From positions 615 through 47,244 of the forward strand of contig CAZHAD010000006.1 of NCBI GenBank assembly GCA_964529965.1: a DNA stretch of 46,630 nt, read 5' to 3'. Below the pieces are notes generated by a model. It did not search any database and was not told the origin of the DNA. It saw nothing but the letters and a program-made list of their open reading frames with translations. Below, in pieces: positions 17,346-26,894 of this stretch (the stretch's first letter is position 1; every line of letters starts with the position of its first letter). The DNA is from an uncultured Leptospirales bacterium (GTDB taxonomy: Bacteria > Spirochaetota > UBA4802 > UBA5550). Both the position numbers and the translations under genes were made by a program.

Positions 17346-19721
17346 ATGAGTAAGAAACATATAAAAAAACCCATCGCATTCTCAGTCGTCATCCTAATTT
17401 TGATATCATTGAGCATATCAGCATCAGCCCGGGAAAAGAAAAATAAACCCTTTCGAATATTCACCAGAAGGCCGAAGGTAGGGCTTGTCCTATCCGGAGG
17501 CGGTGCCAAGGGAATAGCCCATATAGGCGTGCTGAAGGTAATAGAAAGGGCAGGGGTTCATATTGACTATATCACCGGCACAAGCATGGGAAGCATCGTA
17601 GGCGGGCTGTACGCTTCGGGCTACACCGCGGCGATGCTTGAAAAGATCGTGCTGACGGCAGACTGGGACGACCTGCTCGAAGACAAAGTATCCCGGAGAA
17701 GCGTCTCCATTGATGAAAAAAACGATCATGATAAATACCTCGGTTCCCTGCAGATAAAAAAGGGGGGCATACAGCTGCCGACCGGATACAAGCAGGGACA
17801 GAAGCTCACCTCGTTACTGTCGTGCCTCACCCTGCCGGTCCAGGATATAACTGATTTCGACAAGCTCCCCATCCCGTTCAGGTGCGTGGCGACCGATATC
17901 GTCACCGGAAACGCCTATGTACTTAAAAGCGGATACCTGCCGGACGCCCTGAGAGCGAGCATGGCAATCCCCTCGATCTTCACCCCCATCGAGATCGACA
18001 ACCACCTGCTTGTTGACGGCGGCATTGTCAGGAACCTACCGGTCTCTGATGTGCGCGAAATGGGAGCGGACCTGATCATCGCGGTCGACGTGAGCGCTCC
18101 GTTGTACAAGAAGTCGGAACTGGATTCGATAATCAACATCTTGGACCAGGTCGTCAGTTTCCTGGGAGCACGGAATACGAAGAAACAGCAGCTCCTGGCC
18201 GATATTCTTGTCCTACCTGACATCAAGAGATTCACCGCATCGGAATTCAAGCGGGGCGCCGAGCTGATCGCCGTTGGAGAGGCTGCCGGCAATCTCATCC
18301 TTCCTGAGCTTGCCACCCTGGCAGAGGCGCAAAAAAAATTTCCCGGAGAAGAACAAAAAATTCAGCCGATAAAAAGCATAAAAAAACTGAAAATCACAAA
18401 AATCGAGATACACGGATTGAAGCACGTTTCACGAAATCTTGTCCTGGGAAAGCTTCTCGTCTATCCGCCGGATAGACTGACTCCAGAAGAGCTCATGGAT
18501 GCGGTCGCGAGGGTGTATGCGAGCGGCTTCTTTGATCGGGTCACGTATCAGATTCAACCTGACGAATCTGCCTATGGGGGCTCGACCCTCATACTATCAG
18601 TCGTCGAGGCGAGCGGGATATTCCTGAAACTGGGCTTCAGCTATGACACGGACATGAATGCCGCGGTGCTGGGAAACATCACCATACGCAATCTCGCCGG
18701 CGAGGGATCCAGGTTCGCTATTGACGTCAGATTAAGCGAATTCCCCGGAATCCTGGCTTCCTACTTCATCCACACCGGCATTAGAAGGCCCGGGATCGGT
18801 TTCGGGGCGAAGATCCATTTTGACAGATTTTATATTTACACCTACCAACTGGGCAACGTTCAGTCAGTGTATGATTATTACAACACCGGAGCCGACCTCG
18901 TCATCCAGGCGATTGTATTCAATTCCACTGCTCTTGGGATCGGTGTGCAAAAAGATCTGACATTCATCAGGTCCCAGATCGCGCCCTCCGACCCCCTCAA
19001 GGACAATACGGAAGCGCTGAACTATTACGCATATCTCATGTTCGATAACCTGGACGACACCCTGTATCCCACGTCAGGGGTGCAGTTTTACGGCGAGGTG
19101 AAATATATAACGAACCACCTGACCATGCTTAAATATAGCGATAAATTTCCGAATTTTTTCAAATATACCGGTAAGTTGAAGGGATATATACCCCTCTATC
19201 CAAAACTGGTATCGCTGTACATCGGGTGCACACTTAGTTACATCAACGCGCACGAGCCTTACTATATCTATCCAGACATACTCAGTTCGACCGGTTGGTC
19301 TATATACAGAAACAGCATCCCTTTTATCTATGAGAATTATATGGGCGGTCTGTACGAGTATACCAACAACTGCTTCCCCTTTACCGGCCTGAACTTTGTG
19401 CAGATTTACGGCAAGCAGATGATTGTCGGCGACGTCGGACTGCAGGCAGAAGTGTGGAAGGATATATATCTGATACTGCACGGAAGTGTGGGCAGGGTTA
19501 AAAGCAAATTTGAAAATCTCTTTAGGAAAAGGAACCTTGTCTGGGATCAGGCTTACGGGGTTATCATACCGAGATATGAGCACCTGAAAAACGACCTGAT
19601 ATATGGATATGGAATCACCATAAGCTACAATTCAATAATTGGCCCGATCGAGGCCACGCTCATGCGCGGAAGCGAATCGAACAAATTCCTTTTTCACTTC
19701 AACATCGGATACAGGATATGA
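17346..19721 (+). CDS. Patatin-like phospholipase with POTRA and Omp85-type beta-barrel (PlpD-like)
   Basis: Signal peptide; GGGAKG, GTSMG, ASMAIP, DGG; POTRA-like IEIHGLKHVS...YASGFFDRV; barrel motifs DNLDDTLYPTSG, NSIIGPIE, C-terminal FNIGYRI. Confidence 0.9.
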   Translation: MSKKHIKKPIAFSVVILILISLSISASAREKKNKPFRIFTRRPKVGLVLSGGGAKGIAHIGVLKVIERAGVHIDYITGTSMGSIVGGLYASGYTAAMLEKIVLTADWDDLLEDKVSRRSVSIDEKNDHDKYLGSLQIKKGGIQLPTGYKQGQKLTSLLSCLTLPVQDITDFDKLPIPFRCVATDIVTGNAYVLKSGYLPDALRASMAIPSIFTPIEIDNHLLVDGGIVRNLPVSDVREMGADLIIAVDVSAPLYKKSELDSIINILDQVVSFLGARNTKKQQLLADILVLPDIKRFTASEFKRGAELIAVGEAAGNLILPELATLAEAQKKFPGEEQKIQPIKSIKKLKITKIEIHGLKHVSRNLVLGKLLVYPPDRLTPEELMDAVARVYASGFFDRVTYQIQPDESAYGGSTLILSVVEASGIFLKLGFSYDTDMNAAVLGNITIRNLAGEGSRFAIDVRLSEFPGILASYFIHTGIRRPGIGFGAKIHFDRFYIYTYQLGNVQSVYDYYNTGADLVIQAIVFNSTALGIGVQKDLTFIRSQIAPSDPLKDNTEALNYYAYLMFDNLDDTLYPTSGVQFYGEVKYITNHLTMLKYSDKFPNFFKYTGKLKGYIPLYPKLVSLYIGCTLSYINAHEPYYIYPDILSSTGWSIYRNSIPFIYENYMGGLYEYTNNCFPFTGLNFVQIYGKQMIVGDVGLQAEVWKDIYLILHGSVGRVKSKFENLFRKRNLVWDQAYGVIIPRYEHLKNDLIYGYGITISYNSIIGPIEATLMRGSESNKFLFHFNIGYRI

Positions 19722-19735
19722 CATGTATTGCCGGT

Positions 19736-19872
19736 ATGCCCTCACCCGCGCACCCTTTCCCATTAAACTTTGGAAAAAGGAGAGGGTTTCCGTAACAAAA
19801 AGCTTTGTCTTTTGCTCCCCCTCTCCTTTTTTCAATTTTCTGATGGGAGAGGGGGCCGGGGGGTGAGGGCAT
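19736..19872. repeat. REP-doublet/REPIN-like palindromic element between convergent genes
   Basis: Perfect 12-bp terminal IR ATGCCCTCACCC/GGGTGAGGGCAT extending into imperfect ~50-bp arms, each containing CCCTYTCC...GGAGAGGG. Confidence 0.75.
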
Positions 19873-19874
19873 TA

Positions 19875-20615
19875 CTATATGAAACCCATGATTATCAAAG
19901 CAAGCGCGGCCGCGACAATGAAAGAAACTACGACAGCCCATCTCCTCGTCCACTTCTCACCCCGTCTCACCCCTTCAAGAACCAGATACTGCGATATTAC
20001 AAAAGGAACCGACAAAAGAAAAAAAATCAGAACCGCTAAAACGATGTCCTTTCTCATCAAGAAAAAATAGACCGGGACCATGAGCACCGAGAGAATGATG
20101 ACGGCATTATGATAGCGCAGCAACGCGGGGAATATTCCTTCTTGTGAACCGGGCGGCCTTGACCTTCTCAATTCTACAAAACCTTTAATAGAAACGATGC
20201 AGCCGTCGAAAAATGCGACAACCGCGCATGCAAGCCCGAGGAACAATCCAGTCTTATATGTCACCTCGTCGAACAGAAACTGCAACCTGGGCATAAACAG
20301 AACCACCAGGCTTGAAAAGCCCGCACCCAGGGACCTCCAGCCAGATGCAAATGCTTTGATACTTTTACTGTATCTTCCATTTATAAATGAAAAAATGAAA
20401 AAGGCCGCGAAAATCCCGATCGTGACACAGTAAAACGCGCCCTGATCGTTGACCAGCAGATCATACCCGTGAAAAAGTTGCACCTTCTTGGTGGAACATC
20501 CCCTGACGTCGACATATGGGAGCAGAAATGTGAGGATGAATCCCAGATAAAACAATCGCAACATATGAGGCCTGAGCATTAAAGTTATCCCGGCCAGCTT
20601 TTCATTCATCTTCAT
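19875..20615 (-). CDS. Hypothetical integral membrane protein
   Basis: 246 aa with about seven hydrophobic segments. Confidence 0.75.
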   Translation of the reverse strand: MKMNEKLAGITLMLRPHMLRLFYLGFILTFLLPYVDVRGCSTKKVQLFHGYDLLVNDQGAFYCVTIGIFAAFFIFSFINGRYSKSIKAFASGWRSLGAGFSSLVVLFMPRLQFLFDEVTYKTGLFLGLACAVVAFFDGCIVSIKGFVELRRSRPPGSQEGIFPALLRYHNAVIILSVLMVPVYFFLMRKDIVLAVLIFFLLSVPFVISQYLVLEGVRRGEKWTRRWAVVVSFIVAAALALIIMGFI

Positions 20616-20632
20616 AATGGAACCTCACAGAT

Positions 20633-20660
20633 AAAAAAAAGGTGGGCGGACAGCCGCCTT
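20633..20660 (-). terminator. Possible terminator after holA
   Basis: Minus strand GGCGG-CTGT-CCGCC followed by CACC and T8. Confidence 0.4.
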
Positions 20661-20682
20661 GAAACGGATCGGGAACGTAATA

Positions 20683-21702
20683 TCAGAAGCCGAACACAAT
20701 GTCCGTTGTCAGGTTAAAGACGGGATTCGCGGTCAGCATACCCGGCTTGGTCCCGCTTTTAAGCTGATACTCCGCACTGCTGATAAGCGGGTATATTTGT
20801 GCAATCCTGTCGCGTGAAAAGAGCTCAGCATGGCGCCAGAAGTTCTCTCGGTTTCTGCTGTATACCCCGGCCCGTAGTGCCGCATCTTCTGCATTTGCTC
20901 CGTTTTTGATAAGGGAATGGTAATGCTCGATCATCTCAGCCTGTCGTAAAATCATATACACTATTTTCAATTCAGGTATCCCATCTTCAAATATCTTTTT
21001 TAACAGAGAGATCGATCTTCCCTGCTGTTTGAAGAGCGAATCTATGAATTCAAAAATCGAGGTGTCTCTGAGATCGTCGACACAGTTTCGGATCGTATCA
21101 ATACCGACGGTTCCGGAGGCGCCTGAAAACCGCACCATTTCAATGGCATCATCTATCTTCTTGATGTCGTTTCCCGTGCGCTCGATCAACAGTTCGATCG
21201 CCCGGTCTTCGATCGCGAGCCCCAGCTTCTTGAAACTCATATGGATGTAGTGATAAATGTCTTTGTCAAAATATCTCCAGAACTGGATGACCGTGAATGC
21301 ATTGAGTATATCCGCGTCCATGAAGGAGGGAGGCTTATTCTCAAGTGAGGTCATAATAAGAAGGGTCGAGTCCGGCAGACCGGAAATCAGGTCATGAAAT
21401 ATAAATCGGTTTTTGGTAAATTGTAGACGCTCAATATTATGCATGATGCAAATCCTGCGTGATGAAAACATCGTGGGAGAGAGCGCAAAGTCCGCTGCTG
21501 CTGCAAATTCGTCGTTTTCGATGTGGAATCTGGCTCTTGAATCGGCGCGATCAAGGCCTTCCGGAAGCGTCATATCGATGATCCGGCTGATGAATTTATC
21601 CTTTTCTCCCTCCTCTTCCCCAAGGAAGAGGTACCTGGAGGCGAGCCTTTTTTTATCAAGCTCCTGCTTGAACTGTTTAGCATTCTGGTACCTTGCCGCC
21701 AT
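20683..21702 (-). CDS. holA: DNA polymerase III subunit delta
   Basis: YLFLGEE, SPTMFSSRRI, AIELLIERTGND, SIFEFIDSL, AEYQLKSG; 339 aa. Confidence 0.88.
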   Translation of the reverse strand: MAARYQNAKQFKQELDKKRLASRYLFLGEEEGEKDKFISRIIDMTLPEGLDRADSRARFHIENDEFAAAADFALSPTMFSSRRICIMHNIERLQFTKNRFIFHDLISGLPDSTLLIMTSLENKPPSFMDADILNAFTVIQFWRYFDKDIYHYIHMSFKKLGLAIEDRAIELLIERTGNDIKKIDDAIEMVRFSGASGTVGIDTIRNCVDDLRDTSIFEFIDSLFKQQGRSISLLKKIFEDGIPELKIVYMILRQAEMIEHYHSLIKNGANAEDAALRAGVYSRNRENFWRHAELFSRDRIAQIYPLISSAEYQLKSGTKPGMLTANPVFNLTTDIVFGF

Positions 21703-21974
21703 GAAAACCTCTTTGCCCACTTCTCCTTATCAATGATCGTCACCTGGTCCGCACACCGCACGGTCATCGTTTTGAATAAAATCCTCTTCACCCTGTCGTC
21801 CGGTACGTATTTGTAACCCAAGGGTTCTGTATCTAGCAGAATATCGTGAACTTTTTTTTATCATACCATAATTTTGCTAAACTTTTCGTTATACGCAACC
21901 GAACATATAAATAATCATTTTACACTCTATCGGTCTTCCTTTGATACTAAAGGGCGGTCATTAAAGAAAGACCT

Positions 21975-22020
21975 AATGCAACAAATGGGATAGCAACCCT
22001 ATCCCATTTTTTATTGCATT
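21975..22020 (-). terminator. Hairpin terminator directly after the GH13-GT5 gene
   Basis: AATGCAA..AAATGGGATAG-CAACC-CTATCCCATTT..TTGCATT abutting the stop codon at 22022. Confidence 0.7.
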
Positions 22021-22021
22021 T

Positions 22022-25000
22022 TTATTCTTCCATAATTCGAATCGTTTCGGTAATTCGGTAAATCTTTTCAATATACTCGCGTGCCGGTCTATCCCAGTAA
22101 TATACGGATCTCTGCGCGTTTTCTCTGGCTTGAAAAATCACCGGCTCGCTGTTTTGGATAAAGAACTTCCTGGCGCGCTCCATGCAATCGTAAAAGGCCC
22201 ACGAATTATAATCGGAAAAAAGAAACCCGTTCCCCTCTATGATGTCACCCGCCACACTGATGGGAAACACCGTGTCACGCAGCCCGCCGGTTGCGCGCGC
22301 GACCACGATATCGCCCGCAGCCAGCGCTTCGAGCTGGGATATGCCCCCCGGCTCCTGCATCGACGGCATGACGAAAAGATCTGATGAAAGGAGAGGCACG
22401 GAAATATCCTGGAATCCGAACGATACGTGTACGCTATCAGGATAGTACTGGCCGAGCAGATAGAGCCCGTGGGCGATCTCTTCTCCCCTTCGGTCCCCGG
22501 ACGACACCGCTCCGCCGATGATACCCTGATAACCGAGGTTTTTGAATACCCCCGCGGAAGCCTCCAGGAGGAGCTGAAAGCCCTTTTGTTCGGATATGCG
22601 GTGGATGAAGGTGAAGACCGTGAGATCAGGGTCAGGCGTCAGTCCCCTGCTTACCTGCAACAGGAGCTTGTTTCGCATCCGTCTGACAATCCCGCGGCGC
22701 ACCGGATCCTGCAGCGATTCAACGGCGTTCGGCCCGTCGAATATCTCGGGATAGCGCGTCTCGATCTTTTCTTCAAGCGCGCGATCGGCCTTTATCTGCT
22801 CCAGGAGCTGCGGATGAAAGCGCGCTACGAACTTCAAGCCGTCGAACTTTTTTATGATGCTGGCCCTGAAATCCCCCCCGATCGCGTTGCTGATGCCGAT
22901 AACGTTACGAAGTATCCTTTCAAGCCCGTCGCAGGCGTATTCTATCTGCTTCGCATACGAGGGGCTTACGGTAATATTCCTATCGGCGAATCTGATTCCC
23001 GCGGCCATGCAGTTGAGACGGTCCGGGAATACCGGATCGCAGAAGTCGCCTGCCATCCAGGAGGGAAGGTTGAACAGGTTAAAGAGATCGAAGCCGCTTT
23101 CCCAGCGGTTGTACGCGTCGAAATACTGCCATCCTCCGTTGTGGATTATGTGCAGAAAGGTGTTTCTCCTGAAATTCGGATTATCCATATAGTACCGATC
23201 GCTCTTCACGATGGCGTTGAATATCCCCGCATACGCGTCGTTCGTGAAGGTGTAGCTTGGTTCGAGGTTGAACGCGACGATGACCTCGACGCAGGCTCGG
23301 GAAAAGGCCACCCGCCTGCGGATTTTTTCCATTCCCGTATATCCCCAGTACAGGCCGTCGAAAAACTCATAGTGATCGAGCAGGTAATAATGGATTCCCT
23401 CGACCTCGGCATGATGCACTCCCACCTCATACTCGTCGCCCATGATTCTAAACCGGACGTTTATGCCCGTATACTTCAGGGAATATTTCTTCACCGCATC
23501 ATGCATCTTCCTCACGGAGGTATCGTCTCCGTGCTTGTAATATCCCGATATCACATAAACCTTCTCACCATGCTTGACGAGCTCCCTCGGAAGCTCATAC
23601 ACCACGTTGGCGAGGCCGCCGCTCTTTGAGAAGGGCTCTGCCTCCGCCGACATGAAGACGAGAGCTCCGCGGCGATTATGCTCGATGAGGTATGCGCCGA
23701 GGGCGGCGATGATCTCCTCACCTTCTTCGGCCATGCGGCGCGCGTATCCCATGACCTCCGACGGCTGGAGAACCTTGTTATGAGCCAGGTAGAAGACAGC
23801 GCGCTTCAACCCCAGATCAAGGAAGGAACGGTGCTCCTTCCAGAAGTCATGGATCAAATGCTCTTTTATGAATGCGATCGCGGTCTCGTACGTGCCGAAG
23901 TTTTTCGCAAGCTCGGAAAATGAAAAATTTTTGTGGATCTCCTGGACGTTGGACAGGCTGCAGAGGCGGAAAAAGGAATCGCGTATGAATTCATTGTAGT
24001 GCTCCGAAATTTCGACCGGCTCCAGCTTGAGAAGCTTCACCCGCTCGGTAAAGGAAACGACCGTGTTGATTCTGCTTATTGTAAGCTCCGCGCCGGTGTA
24101 GTAGTTGAAATGACCCGTGAGGTTTGAGTACAGGGGATCGGAAAGCCGGTAATAGCTATCCGGGAGGATGGGGAGCACCGGATTGTCGAACTGAATGGAG
24201 GCGTTCTGGTTTGAGTCCGCAAAGTTGAACGCGCCGATCCAGATGCCGGTATCGACGAACTTGACCGATGCCGCCACCATGTTGTTGTTCGCCCACACCA
24301 GGTAGCCCCTGCCGAGCTCTTCGCGGTGAAACTTATACCACTCCGCGTAAAAGGTCTGAAGGCTCCGGTGCGCCGCGTACTCGAACTGGTTCCAATTGAC
24401 GTAGATGTTGTCGAGATAGACCTTCCATCCCTCGCCCTCGGCGCTTCCCTCGTAGTCCATGATCGCGCTGCTCATGAAGCAGGTGAGTCCCACCGCCGCG
24501 CGGAGACCCCTGAGGCCGAAGGTGTTGAGCGCGCGGCGCTCGTCGTGGTTCCCCAGTATCCCCAGCATCTCCGTGCCTTCCGGAAGCGAGGACGGGAAAT
24601 AGGTGTCGTACACGTGGTAGATCTCCCGCACGTCGGTCTTTCCGTGGATGATATTCTCGCATATTTTAAACAGGGACGAGTTGTAGGGGACCAATCCGGT
24701 CCGCGTGAGGAATCGCTCGTGGCCCCAGTAGCACTCCGCGATGTTCAGAAAATAATCGCGGTTCAGATCCCTTAGCTTTTTCTGGACCCTCAGCATGATG
24801 AAATAATGGATCGGCACCGCGATCAGGTCCCGGCAGGCTGAGTCATAATACCCGGTGGTGATGAAGTGGTCGTCCTCGCGTTCATTGACGATGATCGTTC
24901 CCTCCACCATGTCGGCGGGGTCCCTCTTCCTCTCGTATACGAAGGGGAAGTTGTTCTTCTTCATCATTATCGGTACCGCATGGGCTGAATCGAATCGTAT

Positions 25001-26884
25001 GCCGTCTATCTTGAATTTCTCGATAAGCGTCGTGATCGAATCAGCCAGCCATTCCCATATCTCGAACTTCCGGTAATTCAGAAGCTTGCCGTCGTTCCAT
25101 GAGCCATAGCGCCCGTCGGTCGAAGCGCGGATCACAAGATTTCCCGAATCGTCGTAGGTCCGCACCGAATAGGCGTCGGGGAGGAGCCCGCTCGAACGGT
25201 TGATGTGCGGAATGATGTCGACGATTATCCTGATGCCGATTGAGTGGGCTTTGTCAACGAGCTCGATGAACTCCTCCTCGCCGCCCAGCGTGGGCTCGAT
25301 GTCGACGAGGCTCATCGGAGAAAACGGGGAAGGGGATGTTGCATATGACGTCCAATCCTCGCGGTTGCGGCCCCTCGTCTGCACTCCCAGAAGATAGAGG
25401 GAGGTAACGCGGTAATTCCTCTTTATATCCTCCAGGTGCGCGATGATGTCTGAAAAGCGCCCGAGTCTGATCACCTCTCCATGCTCGTTATATACCAGGC
25501 CCGGATGGCCGTCACGGTCATACCAGTACGCCCTGGTGTGTCCGTGAATATCAGCAAAAATCTCGAGGATGATCTCGCCGCTGACATCGGGTATGACGTT
25601 GACCCTTCCGCTTGAGCCGGGCAGGTTGATCCAGCGGGAGTACTTGCGCTTTTTTACAAATACCAGAAAATCATAATGCCCATATTCATCAAAGCGGTAT
25701 TCCGCGGAATACTTCCCGTCTCCCTCATGCGCGAGCGGAATTTCCAGATAATCGATATCCCCTTCCAGAGAAAGCCCGCCTGCCGCGTTCGCCCGATACA
25801 GCCTCAGGATGTAGGGGGCCGGCACCCCCGGTATATCAAAGGAAAAACGTTTCAAGTGGCCGATGCAGACGTTGAAGAAGCGGGTGGCAAGGGGCGCGTC
25901 GAATTCCTTGGGATTGAATATGCGCTCCAGTATTACATTTGCCCTGTCTCTGATCTCATGCACGTCATGGCCGGATGCAGCCACGAGGATTCGTACTATC
26001 TCCCGGAGCGAATACACGTCGCCCGATGCCTTGTAACGCCTGGCGTGACGCTCGAGCGATTTTATCGCCTCAAGGTTGCGCTGGTAGTGAAAGTTGAGCT
26101 GGTCGCGCGGCATGCGCGCGTCCAGCTCGCGGAGATACCGCTGCCTGCTTGCGTCGCTGAATCTCCTGATCGGCTTCGCGGGCACGATTTCCGGTATCTC
26201 CTCGACCTCAACGAGCTGTGAATTCTGTATCACCTCGTCGACAAGAAAATTCAAGGCGGCGGAAACGTTGGGCGGATACACGACCGAATGATGGTAGCCG
26301 GTCTGTATCGCACGCTCCTCGATCATGAGGAGCAGCTTGAAAGCGTCGAAGAGCCCGCGCCCGCCCTTCCTCTGATCCGCCGTAATGGCATCGAATGTTT
26401 TGAGACCAAGGTATATGGTGGGAATCTCCGCCCAGGGAGGGCCCTGTCCCACGTGGGATATCGCCGCGGTCTCCCTGGAAACGTAAAAGATGGTGGGTAT
26501 CCCATGAAGCTCCTTGAGGATCACGAAGCGCCTGGAGATTATGCTGTCGAAATCGCCTTCGGCGATTGCCTGATGAACAGCCGCCATTGAGCCGGTCAAC
26601 CGGTTTGACAGCCTGATATCGTTTACGAGCCTTCCCTGCGTGGTCTGGTTACCCATGGAACCGAGGCTGAAAGACCTGTCCCGCATATCGATGAACCGTT
26701 CACGGTACAGCTCGACCGGGTCGCCTCCTCTTATTCCGCGTACCACGTCAGGATCCGGATAAAACTCAAAGGAACGCGACTCTTCGAAGGCCCTGGATAT
26801 TTCCTGTTTTACGATCCCATCGGAAATTAAATGCTCGTCACTGATACGGAAACGGCACAACGTGCTGGATATTACTGGTTCCAA
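22022..26884 (-). CDS. 1620-aa fusion: unknown N-terminal region + GH13 alpha-amylase-family domain + GT5 glycogen/starch synthase domain
   Basis: GH13: IIVDIIPH, DGIRFDSAH, AECYW, LGNHDE. GT5: AEAEPFSKSGGLANV, IIHNGGWQ, TVSPSYAKQI, HRISEQKG, MPSMQEPGGISQLEA, RATGGLRDTV. TTG start after GAGG. Confidence 0.9.
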   Translation of the reverse strand: MEPVISSTLCRFRISDEHLISDGIVKQEISRAFEESRSFEFYPDPDVVRGIRGGDPVELYRERFIDMRDRSFSLGSMGNQTTQGRLVNDIRLSNRLTGSMAAVHQAIAEGDFDSIISRRFVILKELHGIPTIFYVSRETAAISHVGQGPPWAEIPTIYLGLKTFDAITADQRKGGRGLFDAFKLLLMIEERAIQTGYHHSVVYPPNVSAALNFLVDEVIQNSQLVEVEEIPEIVPAKPIRRFSDASRQRYLRELDARMPRDQLNFHYQRNLEAIKSLERHARRYKASGDVYSLREIVRILVAASGHDVHEIRDRANVILERIFNPKEFDAPLATRFFNVCIGHLKRFSFDIPGVPAPYILRLYRANAAGGLSLEGDIDYLEIPLAHEGDGKYSAEYRFDEYGHYDFLVFVKKRKYSRWINLPGSSGRVNVIPDVSGEIILEIFADIHGHTRAYWYDRDGHPGLVYNEHGEVIRLGRFSDIIAHLEDIKRNYRVTSLYLLGVQTRGRNREDWTSYATSPSPFSPMSLVDIEPTLGGEEEFIELVDKAHSIGIRIIVDIIPHINRSSGLLPDAYSVRTYDDSGNLVIRASTDGRYGSWNDGKLLNYRKFEIWEWLADSITTLIEKFKIDGIRFDSAHAVPIMMKKNNFPFVYERKRDPADMVEGTIIVNEREDDHFITTGYYDSACRDLIAVPIHYFIMLRVQKKLRDLNRDYFLNIAECYWGHERFLTRTGLVPYNSSLFKICENIIHGKTDVREIYHVYDTYFPSSLPEGTEMLGILGNHDERRALNTFGLRGLRAAVGLTCFMSSAIMDYEGSAEGEGWKVYLDNIYVNWNQFEYAAHRSLQTFYAEWYKFHREELGRGYLVWANNNMVAASVKFVDTGIWIGAFNFADSNQNASIQFDNPVLPILPDSYYRLSDPLYSNLTGHFNYYTGAELTISRINTVVSFTERVKLLKLEPVEISEHYNEFIRDSFFRLCSLSNVQEIHKNFSFSELAKNFGTYETAIAFIKEHLIHDFWKEHRSFLDLGLKRAVFYLAHNKVLQPSEVMGYARRMAEEGEEIIAALGAYLIEHNRRGALVFMSAEAEPFSKSGGLANVVYELPRELVKHGEKVYVISGYYKHGDDTSVRKMHDAVKKYSLKYTGINVRFRIMGDEYEVGVHHAEVEGIHYYLLDHYEFFDGLYWGYTGMEKIRRRVAFSRACVEVIVAFNLEPSYTFTNDAYAGIFNAIVKSDRYYMDNPNFRRNTFLHIIHNGGWQYFDAYNRWESGFDLFNLFNLPSWMAGDFCDPVFPDRLNCMAAGIRFADRNITVSPSYAKQIEYACDGLERILRNVIGISNAIGGDFRASIIKKFDGLKFVARFHPQLLEQIKADRALEEKIETRYPEIFDGPNAVESLQDPVRRGIVRRMRNKLLLQVSRGLTPDPDLTVFTFIHRISEQKGFQLLLEASAGVFKNLGYQGIIGGAVSSGDRRGEEIAHGLYLLGQYYPDSVHVSFGFQDISVPLLSSDLFVMPSMQEPGGISQLEALAAGDIVVARATGGLRDTVFPISVAGDIIEGNGFLFSDYNSWAFYDCMERARKFFIQNSEPVIFQARENAQRSVYYWDRPAREYIEKIYRITETIRIMEE

Positions 26885-26894
26885 GAGGCACCTC

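Noticed and set aside
21728-21960. Protein-like fragment (VHDILLDTEPLGYKYVPDDRVKRILFK) beside an A8 run upstream of holA; possible pseudogene or slippage site
   Set aside because: No start/RBS gives a coherent ORF, upstream frames contain stops, and I recognise no family.
22427-23629. 400-aa plus-strand ORF, and many similar antisense ORFs (e.g. 1252..1899, 34406..35020, 39307..40062)
   Set aside because: They lie opposite well-supported genes and have no motifs; typical shadow ORFs from codon bias.
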